NCBI GenBank assembly: GCA_002378195.1
Contig: DFRJ01000003.1
Location: 32,879-96,878, forward strand
From: Patescibacteria group bacterium UBA3466
GTDB taxonomy: Bacteria; Patescibacteriota; Minisyncoccia; Phycocordibacterales; UBA918
DNA: 64,000 nt
Reading direction: 5' to 3'
Shown: piece by piece, positions 22,809 through 32,000 of the stretch
Layout: the number at the start of each line of letters is the position of its first letter
Position numbering within the stretch: position 1 is the first letter of the stretch
The notes under the pieces: model-generated
The model's database searches: none
Told to the model about the DNA's origin: nothing
What the model saw: the letters and a program-made list of their open reading frames with translations, nothing else
Translations under genes and position numbers: made by a program

Positions 22809-22899
22809 GCTGGGTTATTTGTGAAAGATCTACCGCTATAAAAACACTACATTTAAAATCAGGTATCGTCAATAGTAATTTCAAGAGTATTCTTTTGTG

Positions 22900-23003
22900 T
22901 GCGATTGAAGGGATTCGAAACTTACAGTTTCAGTACCTCAAATGTGTGTCCCGCACACAATTTCAATCGACCACAAAAAAATCCCTAACGGGATTTTTTA
23001 CTG
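22900..23003 (-). repeat. tRNA-linked element, family 2, internally deleted (Asp copy)
   Basis: Minus strand: terminator, gtggtcga antisense, GGG-loop hairpin, gtactgaaac-tgtaa-gtttc, then degenerate sense copy gaatcccttcaatcgca. Confidence 0.75.
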
Positions 23004-23077
23004 CGCGGTCGAAGGGATTCGAACCCTCGGCCTTCCGCGTGACAGGCGGATGCTCTAACCAGCTGAGCTACGACCGC
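23004..23077 (-). tRNA. tRNA-Asp (GUC)
   Basis: Reverse complement GCGGTCGTAGCTCAGCTGG...CTGTCAC...GGTTCGAATCCCTTCGACCGCG. Confidence 0.95.
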
Positions 23078-23141
23078 AAAGAGTGGCAAGAGTATAGCTG
23101 GTTTGCGTAATTTTTGCAATAACTATTGCTATAATTTAAAT

Positions 23142-23741
23142 ATGAAATTAAATCGCATTCAAAAAGGGTTGCTGCTAGTAAATATCGCTGTTGTGGTTGG
23201 GTTTAGTTGGTATTACTTGCAGGCGGCAGATTATGAGTTTCTAGCTTATGCGGGCACGATAGCAGTTGTGACAGCTCTTTTATTCGGTACTCTTAAATGG
23301 TCGCGGTTTTCAAATGGAATTATTCTCGGGGTGACTATTTGGGGACTGTTGCATATGCTCGGAGGTAGTGTGATGACGGCCGACGGAGTATTGTATGCAT
23401 GGCGGATCTTCCCATTTTTTGATGGTGGCGGAGAGTTTTATATTCTGAAGTTTGATCAAGTAGTACACGCGTTCTTGTACGGTATTGTCGGTTTGATGTT
23501 TTATCACCTGTTGCGTGAAGTGGTTGGAGTTAAAACTCACACACTACTAGTAGCAGCGGTAGCTATCTTTGCTGGAGCTGGCTTTAGTATTATCAACGAG
23601 ATCATCGAATTTCTGGCGGCGGTAAATATTCCAAATACTGGAGTAGGGGGCTATCACAATACCGTGCTTGATATGATTTTCAATTTAGCTGGAGCATTGA
23701 TAGCTGTGGTTATTAAGGTGGGTATCGATAAACGTAACTAG
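23142..23741 (+). CDS. DUF2238-like membrane protein
   Basis: LHMLGG, FDQVVH, NEIIEF, GGYHNTVLDMIFN; multiple TMs. Confidence 0.7.
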   Translation: MKLNRIQKGLLLVNIAVVVGFSWYYLQAADYEFLAYAGTIAVVTALLFGTLKWSRFSNGIILGVTIWGLLHMLGGSVMTADGVLYAWRIFPFFDGGGEFYILKFDQVVHAFLYGIVGLMFYHLLREVVGVKTHTLLVAAVAIFAGAGFSIINEIIEFLAAVNIPNTGVGGYHNTVLDMIFNLAGALIAVVIKVGIDKRN

Positions 23742-23812
23742 CAAAAGATTTCTCGATTTGTTATGCTATCACGGCTTGTAATACCGAGCGGTAGTTTTGC
23801 TTATTATTACTT

Positions 23813-23885
23813 GCCAACGTAGCTCAGTCGGTAGAGCGCATCCATGGTAAGGATGAGGTCCGCGGTTCAATCCCGCGCGTTGGCT
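23813..23885 (+). tRNA. tRNA-Thr (GGU)
   Basis: GCCAACG/CGTTGGC stem, CATCC-ATGGTAA-GGATG anticodon arm, GGTTCAATC. Confidence 0.95.
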
Positions 23886-23887
23886 CA

Positions 23888-24120
23888 GCAGCAAAATTCC
23901 CTAGCATCCGCTAGGGAATTTTGCTGCCTGGCAACGCAGGAAGCAAACTGCTTTGCTTCCGGTAGGGATTGAAGGTCGCAGCGATGTGAGTTTGCGAACA
24001 AGCGAGACGGGGTCGAGAGTACTTACTAGAATTGGAGCGTAGCGAACAATTATAGTTAGTAACTCGTGACCAATCCCGCGCGTTGGCTCAGCTAAATGCC
24101 TAGCTTCTTGCTAGGCATTT
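23888..24120 (+). repeat. tRNA-linked structured element, family 1 (Thr copy)
   Basis: Terminator 23888-23927, antisense 3' end 23931-23973 with CTGC-loop hairpin, 97-nt core 23974-24070, sense copy 24071-24092, terminator 24094-24120. Confidence 0.88.
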
Positions 24121-24140
24121 TTGTATACTCAACTATCACT

Positions 24141-25019
24141 ATGAGTACTGAATTTCAATCTTCAGAAAATCGCATAGCCTCCATTGAGGCAGCCATGCTT
24201 CAGCCAGATTTTTGGAATGATCCGCAAAAGGCACAAGAGTTGATCAAAGAACTGCAAGAGTTAAAGGATTTGGCGGATGGCAAAGGCAAGTATCATCGCA
24301 ATGATGCAATTTTTTCGATTGTAGCAGGGGCTGGAGGTGATGATGCGGAAGACTTCGCGCGTATGCTAGTGGAGATGTATCAGAAGTATGCTGAGAGCAA
24401 GAGTTGGGATGTGGTGATAATCGACAGTAATGCCAACGACCATAATGGTTACCGCAATATCACTTTCGAAGTCCAAGGGAAGGATGCCTACGGCACACTG
24501 ATGCACGAGTCCGGGGTGCATCGTTTGGTGCGTATCTCACCTTTTAATAGTAACGGAAAGAGACAGACTTCTTTTGTCTTGGTCGAAGTGTCGCCGAAGC
24601 TCGAAGATCTGAGTTCAGTGGAGCTGAGTGAAGAAGATTTAGATATTTCTTTTGCGCGCTCTGGCGGCGCTGGTGGGCAGAATGTAAACAAGCGAGAGAC
24701 GGCGGTGCGAATTGTGCATAAGCCAACCAATATCTCCGTCAATATTTCATCTGAACGCTCACAAATGCAAAATCGGGAGAAGGGGATGAATTTGTTGGCC
24801 GGTAAGATATATGCTTTCAATGAAGCGCAGCGCGAACGTGAACTGCAAGGGCTAGCGGTTGAGAAGACTCTTAAAATTGAATGGGGGAGCCAGATTCGTT
24901 CGTACGTTTTGCACCCATATCAGATGGTGAAAGATCATCGTCATGATCTAGAAGTGAGAAATGTAGATAAAGTATTAGACGGTGATATACAACCGTTTAT
25001 AGACATTTATAATAATTAA
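24141..25019 (+). CDS. prfB: Peptide chain release factor 2 (shortened N-terminal domain)
   Basis: [11 protein letters not shown] (SPF anticodon mimic), [20 protein letters not shown]. Confidence 0.93.
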   Translation: MSTEFQSSENRIASIEAAMLQPDFWNDPQKAQELIKELQELKDLADGKGKYHRNDAIFSIVAGAGGDDAEDFARMLVEMYQKYAESKSWDVVIIDSNANDHNGYRNITFEVQGKDAYGTLMHESGVHRLVRISPFNSNGKRQTSFVLVEVSPKLEDLSSVELSEEDLDISFARSGGAGGQNVNKRETAVRIVHKPTNISVNISSERSQMQNREKGMNLLAGKIYAFNEAQRERELQGLAVEKTLKIEWGSQIRSYVLHPYQMVKDHRHDLEVRNVDKVLDGDIQPFIDIYNN

Positions 25020-25043
25020 TCAGCTCATGATATACTGTTAATC

Positions 25044-25727
25044 ATGATTTATTTTGATAACGTTTCGAAGCTGTATAGCGACGGTCGCTCAGCTGCCCTC
25101 CAAGAAGTCACGTTTCAAGTTGCCCCCAAAGAGTTTGTATCAATTGTTGGACACTCAGGGGCTGGTAAAACCACTCTACTCAAGATGATTATTGCTGAAG
25201 ATCAGCCATCAAATGGTCAGGTTTTTTTCGAGTCACTTGATGTGCATCGTATTCCCAAGGCAAAGTTGCCAAGCTACCGTCGCAAGATCGGAACTATCTT
25301 CCAGGATTTCAAATTACTCTCACACAAGACTGCTTATGAAAACGTCGCCTTTGCAATGGAAGCAAATGGTCGTACCGACGCTGAGATTGCCGAGAACGTA
25401 CCACACGCATTGGCTTTGGTAGACCTAGAGGACAAGGCATGGAATTTCCCGGGTGAACTGTCAGGAGGTGAGAAGCAGCGGGTAGCCATCGCCAGAGCGA
25501 TTGTAAATCAACCAGATATTATCATCGCAGATGAGCCGACTGGAAATTTGGATCCGATTGCTACGTACGAAGTAGTACAGATTTTAAGAAAGATTAACGA
25601 TCTTGGCACTACCGTCATCATGACCACTCACAACAAAGGGGTGATTGATGAGATAGAGCGCCGGGTCATCACTATGGATGATGGTCGGATAGTGCGTGAT
25701 GATGCTAGTGGTAAGTACGTTTTGTAA
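25044..25727 (+). CDS. ftsE: Cell division ATP-binding protein FtsE
   Basis: GHSGAGKTT, IFQDFKLL, LSGGEKQR, ADEPTGNLD; followed by ftsX. Confidence 0.93.
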   Translation: MIYFDNVSKLYSDGRSAALQEVTFQVAPKEFVSIVGHSGAGKTTLLKMIIAEDQPSNGQVFFESLDVHRIPKAKLPSYRRKIGTIFQDFKLLSHKTAYENVAFAMEANGRTDAEIAENVPHALALVDLEDKAWNFPGELSGGEKQRVAIARAIVNQPDIIIADEPTGNLDPIATYEVVQILRKINDLGTTVIMTTHNKGVIDEIERRVITMDDGRIVRDDASGKYVL

Positions 25728-25734
25728 TTAATTT

Positions 25735-26658
25735 ATGATAACTGGATTAAGAAGAGTAGTTAAAGCAGGGTTTGTTGGTTTTTGGCGTAATGCCTACGTA
25801 TCGTTGGCTTCAATTTTTGTACTTACTATCGCACTGTTTGTGATCGGTGTGACAATGTTTTTGAATCAGCTCTTGGAGACTTCACTGGTCAACCTACAGT
25901 CTCAGGTTGATATTAACGTTTACTTTGTTCCCGAAGCTCCTGATGATGAGGTGCAGAGTTTGGTTACTGCTGTGGAGGCTTTGCCTGACGTTGTGTCGGT
26001 CAAATTTACCTCACGGGAACAGGCACTTGAAGAGTATCGACAGCGTAATCAAAATAATGAGATTTCCCTCCAAGCCCTTGAAGAGCTAGATGAAAATCCA
26101 CTTGGCGCCAACATTGCTATTTTGGCTGGAGAGACATCACAATACGAAAACATCTCGCGGTTTATTGAGGAGCAGAGAGATTTGGCGCAATCGCCAATAA
26201 TCAGCAGTGTAACTTATGCCGATGACGAAACGACCCGCGATTCAATCGATCGTTTGACCAGTATTATTAATGCAACCGAACGCGCTAGTTTGATCATTAT
26301 GGGCATCCTGCTACTAGCTGCTGTACTTATCACTTTCAATACCATTCGATTGGCTATTTACACTTCACGGGAAGAAATTTCTATCATGCGTTTAGTTGGC
26401 GCGGGCAATATGTTTATTCGCGGGCCTTTCATGTTGCAGGGGATTATGTACGGCTTTATCTCTGGCTGTTTGGCTCTCTTAATCTTTTACCCGCTCTTGG
26501 TTTGGCTTGGTCCACGCACACAGGAATTCTTCGAATTAAATTTATTCGATTACTACATGGCAAACCTCGGTGACATCTTCGGTATTCTAGTCGGGATTGG
26601 AATTGCTCTCGGCCTTATCTCAAGTACTTTTGCAGTAGCACGATATTTACGAACTTAA
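25735..26658 (+). CDS. ftsX: Cell division permease FtsX
   Basis: NPL motif, NTIRLAIY..REEISIMRLVGA..FIRGPF. Confidence 0.93.
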   Translation: MITGLRRVVKAGFVGFWRNAYVSLASIFVLTIALFVIGVTMFLNQLLETSLVNLQSQVDINVYFVPEAPDDEVQSLVTAVEALPDVVSVKFTSREQALEEYRQRNQNNEISLQALEELDENPLGANIAILAGETSQYENISRFIEEQRDLAQSPIISSVTYADDETTRDSIDRLTSIINATERASLIIMGILLLAAVLITFNTIRLAIYTSREEISIMRLVGAGNMFIRGPFMLQGIMYGFISGCLALLIFYPLLVWLGPRTQEFFELNLFDYYMANLGDIFGILVGIGIALGLISSTFAVARYLRT

Positions 26659-26669
26659 CTCTCTGATTT

Positions 26670-28343
26670 ATGGCAACAAAAGCAAACAACAAAAGAGCGA
26701 CTAAAAAGAAGTCGACTACTAAGTATATTTTTGTGGTTGGGGGAGTGATGAGTGGAGTCGGGAAAGGGGTCGCTTCTTCGTCAATCGCTACACTCCTAGA
26801 ATCACGCGGACATAATGTGACCGCCATGAAAATCGACCCGTACATTAATGTTGATGCTGGTACCATGAACCCAACTGAACACGGTGAGGTGTTTGTTTTG
26901 AAAGACGGTTTAGAGACCGACCAAGACATGGGTAACTATGAACGCTTTCTCAATAAAGATCTCCCGGCCATAAACTACATGACTACTGGTAGCGTCTATC
27001 AATCGGTGATTAGAAAAGAACGAAACCTGGAGTATAAAGGAAAAAATGTAGAGGTGGTGCCGGACATCCCTCTTGAAGTAATTCGCCGCATTAAAGCAGC
27101 CGGAGAAAATGCTGATGCTGACATTGTACAGGTAGAAGTGGGAGGTACGGTTGGGGAGTATCAAAATGTACTTTTCCTTGAGGCAATCCGTATGATGAAG
27201 ACAGAAGAGCCAGATAATGTAGCAGTGGTGATGGTGAGCTATTTACCAGTGCCTGGTTCAATCGGAGAGATGAAGACCAAACCCACTCAGACAGCAGTCC
27301 GTATGCTCAACAGCGCCGGAGTATTTGCTGACATGATTGTATGTCGGAGTAAAATTTCTGTTGACCAAAAGCGTAAAGAAAAAATTGCAAAGTTTTGTAA
27401 TGTGAAAGTAGAAAATGTTATCTCTGCTCCAGATGTCGACAGTATTTACGATATTCCACTACACTATGAAAAAGACGGCCTTTCCGAAGGCTTGCTTAAA
27501 ACACTTGGTCTGTCTACTAGAAAGGTGGCCGACCTAAAGAACTGGAAACGGTTTGTTAAAAGCTCCAAGAACGAAGGCGACACGGTGAAGATTGCGGTGG
27601 TCGGTAAGTACTTCAATTCAGGTGATTTTGTTTTGTCAGACGTCTATATCTCGATTCTCGAAGCGATTAAGTTTTCTGCCTATAAACTGCGGCTAAACCC
27701 AGAAATTGACTACCTATCAGCCGAAGATTTTGCTGATAAGAAAAACCTGCGTAAATTGAATCAATATGACGGTGTGTTGGTGCCGGGCGGTTTTGGCACT
27801 ACTGGCATTGAGGGGAAATTAAATGTGATCGAGTATGTGCGCAAGAAACGGATACCGTACTTTGGTATCTGCTACGGGATGCAGTTGGCGGTACTGGAAT
27901 ACGCCAAGAACGTAGCAAAAATTAAGAACGCTAGTACCGAAGAGATTGACCCGAAAGCCGACCATTTAGTAATTGGTGTAATGGACGAGCAGAAAGAGAA
28001 GATTGCAAAAGGAGATATGGGCGGCACGATGCGGCTGGGGCAGTATGAGGCCAAGCTGAAGAAAGGTTCGGTGGCCGCTAAGGCATACAAAGCACAATCG
28101 ATAGTGGAGAGACATCGTCATCGTTATGAAGTTAATCCTGAGTATATCAATCGATTGACCGATAAAGGTTTAGTCTTTTCCGGTACCTCTCCTGACGGCA
28201 TGTTGATGGAGATTGCTGAATTGCCACAAGAAGACCATCCATTTTTTGTTGGAGTACAGTTTCATCCTGAGCTACAAGCGAGGCCGCTTGACCCGCATCC
28301 ACTTTTCACAGCTTTCATCAAAGCGGCGTATGAGAGTGATTAG
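26670..28343 (+). CDS. pyrG: CTP synthase
   Basis: GGVMSGVGKG, DPYINVDAGTMNPTEHGE, GICYGMQ, RHRHRYE, QFHPE. Confidence 0.97.
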   Translation: MATKANNKRATKKKSTTKYIFVVGGVMSGVGKGVASSSIATLLESRGHNVTAMKIDPYINVDAGTMNPTEHGEVFVLKDGLETDQDMGNYERFLNKDLPAINYMTTGSVYQSVIRKERNLEYKGKNVEVVPDIPLEVIRRIKAAGENADADIVQVEVGGTVGEYQNVLFLEAIRMMKTEEPDNVAVVMVSYLPVPGSIGEMKTKPTQTAVRMLNSAGVFADMIVCRSKISVDQKRKEKIAKFCNVKVENVISAPDVDSIYDIPLHYEKDGLSEGLLKTLGLSTRKVADLKNWKRFVKSSKNEGDTVKIAVVGKYFNSGDFVLSDVYISILEAIKFSAYKLRLNPEIDYLSAEDFADKKNLRKLNQYDGVLVPGGFGTTGIEGKLNVIEYVRKKRIPYFGICYGMQLAVLEYAKNVAKIKNASTEEIDPKADHLVIGVMDEQKEKIAKGDMGGTMRLGQYEAKLKKGSVAAKAYKAQSIVERHRHRYEVNPEYINRLTDKGLVFSGTSPDGMLMEIAELPQEDHPFFVGVQFHPELQARPLDPHPLFTAFIKAAYESD

Positions 28344-28396
28344 GGCACTGTCTCTCTAGAGAATCCTGAAGAAATGTGATAAGGTAGTGGCCACAA

Positions 28397-28429
28397 AAGA
28401 TGATCAATTACCCGAAAAGTCTAATGGTA
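28397..28429 (+). repeat. Upstream copy of tRNA-Gln leader and 5' end
   Basis: aagatgatcaattacccga..gtctaatggta repeated at 28559-28590. Confidence 0.85.
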
Positions 28430-28570
28430 AGAAATCGAAGATTTCTTCCTTGGCCGGCACTCAGAAGTAATGAGTAAGTAAACTTTCTCATCTTCCTCGC
28501 TTGGCCAAGTAGGACACCTCGTGTCCTCTATAGACAATCGTGTATAGATATTAAAATTAAGATGATCAAT

Positions 28571-28641
28571 TACCCGATCGTCTAATGGTAGGACACTTGG
28601 TTTTGGTCCAAGTAATCGGGGTTCGAGTCCCTGTCGGGTAG
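28571..28641 (+). tRNA. tRNA-Gln (UUG)
   Basis: TACCCGA/TCGGGTA stem, CTTGG-TTTTGGT-CCAAG anticodon arm, GGTTCGAGT. Confidence 0.95.
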
Positions 28642-28814
28642 CCTGCAAGAAAACACCCTTTTGGGTGTTTTCTGTTTGAGCAGGCTACCCGACAAGAAAT
28701 AATCTGGGGGATTATTTCGTGGGACTCGAAAAGCGGTTTGAGATATTTTGGAGCTAGCGAACAAAATATCCAAACGCTGCACAGAATCTGTAAGATTCGA
28801 GTCCCTGTCGGGTA
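28642..28814 (+). repeat. tRNA-linked structured element, family 2 (Gln copy)
   Basis: Antisense caggctacccgaca[hairpin]gggactcgaa 28681-28730, core, gaatc-tgtaa-gattc, sense copy ttcgagtccctgtcgggta 28796-28814. Confidence 0.88.
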
Positions 28815-29002
28815 AACAAGCACTTGGACCCAGGTTTATTTTTTCTTGTGCGAGAACATTTATTCAGTGATCGACAAGTTTTGACTTATATACAAATTAT
28901 TCACAGTTTATGCACAAAAAATTATTGTTGTAGTGTGTTCACATAAAAGCTAATGTTAAAGGGTCTTTTACGCTAGAAAGTTTATACAACTAAAAGTCCA
29001 TC

Positions 29003-32000
29003 ATGTTGCATAAAAATATATGTCGATCTGAATTTATTCGATCTCGTCGTACGCTATTTAAAGCCACATCTCTTCTGATTGTGGTTTCTGTTTTATTAGC
29101 TCCTATAGCTCATGTGTATGGTTTCCATCCAGATAATGATTCCAGCTTAGTGAACAACGACCTGTTAATTTCGAAGAATGTCTCATCATTATCAGATAAT
29201 GGCGTTCAGGTTAATTCTTTTGATGGGTCTCTTTCTTATTCTTACCCTGTCCTTTATCCGTCAGGAGTTAATGGATTCGGCCCTAGTCATAATCTAAGTT
29301 ACAGCTCTAATTCCAAAGAGGAATATTCAATTCTTGGTATTCATGGATGGAATCTCGACATTCCATCCATTAAACTCATTAATAAAACGGGTATAGAAAA
29401 CCTGTATTCAGATCCAGTTTATTATTCTTCAATTTCTGGGGAGTTAGTTCAAGTTGGGGTGAGTTCAGAGTATATTTCAAAGAACGAATCAGGAGATTTT
29501 CATTCGTATACTTTAAGTAATGGTGTTTGGACAATAAGTACAAAATCAGGAGATGTTTATACGCTTGGCAGTACAAGTGCTAGTAGGATAGTTAATCCAA
29601 ATGATAGTAGTGAGATATATGCATGGTATACAAACGAGATAGTTGATACTAATGGAAATTCGATAGATTACTCATACTACAAAGATAACGAATCGTTACT
29701 TATAGATACCATTGAGTATGGCGGTATATACGAAATTGATTTTGAAAGAGTTTCAAAGAATTCAACCTCTACTACCCACGAAGCGACCTTTGAAATCAAT
29801 CAGACGAAGGCGGTTGATAGAATACAAGTCATAGTAGATGGTCAAGATGAGTACTACTATGATCTTACTCTGACTTCAGCAGTGAATCCTAATCATGTAC
29901 TTTTAACTCAAATTGACATGGTAGGTGGTAGTGACCAGCTGACAACCGAATTTACATACAATGATAATTCGCTCATGCCATTTTCTGCTGATCAAGATGA
30001 TGATGGTGCAAACGGTAAATGGGACATTGGAAACGGTAAATGGCTTTATGAAAAAGGCGCTTCAAACAAATGGAGGTTTGTAGATGTGAATGGAGACGGG
30101 TTAGCAGATTTCGTGGGTGATGGAGATGTATACCTCAATGACGGCGAGGAATTTGTTTTTAATTTAACATGGTCAACAGCATTGATTGATTTTATCTACG
30201 ACGATACATTGTCACTACGATTTCCAGATATTAATGGCGATGGCTTGGTCGACATAATCTATTCTACTGACGAAGCATATAATACTGGTTGGTTTAGTGA
30301 CGTTTATTTAAATAATGGATCTGGTTGGACTTATGACGCATCGTTTGACGAGAGCCTTGCAACTAATAGCGCCAGGTTTGCATTTGTTGACACAGATGGA
30401 GTGGATGATCTTGGGTGGAGAGTGATTGACGTAAACGGAGATGGTTTGGCAGATCTAATTCATGATAATGATTTAAATTATCCGGACAACACTAATGCTG
30501 TGTATATTAATGACGGTAGCGAGTGGACTCTGAGTAGTGATTTCATAATACCTGCTGATAACGGATTTGCATTACACAACGCGTATGGATTTATTATAGA
30601 CATAAATGGTGACGATCTACCGGATTTGGTCAGTTCATATGAAGTGAATAGTTCTTGGGTAAAGAGAGTTTATGTGAATACTGGTACTGGTTGGGTTGAT
30701 CATGATGGATTTAAGAATAGTCTACCAGCTGCATTCGTTGACGATCCTGGCAGTAGTTCTAATTTCATAGATCACGGTTATCGTCTTGTTGATATCAATA
30801 ATGATGGATTAGCTGATATCGCTTGGCAAACAGATAGTGGGTCAAATCGCCTGAGATATTATCTCAACTTAGGTGATAGTTGGGACACAACTTTTACAGA
30901 AACTGCATGCTGTAATCCCGGCTGGGGCCAAAAGTTACAATACGGAGCTACAGCTTTTGTAGATATTAATGGTGACTCATTAATCGATATATTGTCGGCA
31001 CATAAAATTAGTAGTAGTAACAAACTTGATTCAATTCATATTGCAGCTGGTGGAAAGCCCGATGTTCTGACAGAGGTGGTAAATCAACATGGTGGAACAA
31101 CAAAAGTTTTCTACAAAGGAAGTCAGGAAACAGTTTCAGGATCACAACGTAACGTAGATCTACCAATTGCATTATATGTTGTGGCGTCAACTACCAAAGA
31201 TAATGGCTTCGGACAGGTTATCGAGACCCTTTATGATTATGATTATGGTGAGATATATTTTGATACCGCAGACTTACGAGATCGACGGTTTGGTGGTTTT
31301 GGTGAGTTTACGGAAGAGGTTGTGGGTCTTAACAAAACCATCGTTAATTTTCACCAAGGTAACGACTTAGATTCTAGCTCAGAAGAAGAAAGTGATGGAG
31401 AGCATTTAATTGGTAGAATGTATCAGACTAAGATAACCAATAACTCCGACAGTCTTTATCTTCTAAATCGAGTTAACTATTCTACAACTAGTCTAGGAGA
31501 CGGAAGTGTATTTACTAAGACTGATAGTGTTGTAGAGCTTGCTTATGATGGAGACGTAGACGAAAGGGCTAAAGCTGTTTCGTATACGTACGATGATACT
31601 CATGGTTCAGTATTGTCTATGGTTGAATATGGAGAAGTAAACGGAAACTCAGACGGTACTTATACAGATTCAGGGACTGATAAGAGGACAAGTCTTTATG
31701 AATATGCGACAAGTTCGGATGGATTGGTAGCTGTAACAAAAGAAACCCTTAATGATAATAGTAATACCAAAATTCAAGAATCAGTCTATTATTATGACGA
31801 TTTAACTTATGGATCTGCTGCTCTTGGCAACCTAACAAAAAGAGAAGATTGGGTTACCGGGGCCACTTTTGTTGACACTGAATGGGACTATAACAGCAAC
31901 GGACTAGTAACTACAGAAACTGACCCAAAAGGAAATGCTATTAATTATGATTACGATACCTATAATTTGTATCTAGCTTCTTCTACAAATGCTGAAGGTC

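Noticed and set aside
24096-24140. Programmed +1 frameshift of prfB
   Set aside because: No CTTTGA slippery site or upstream ORF; this stretch is the terminator of the tRNA-Thr element.
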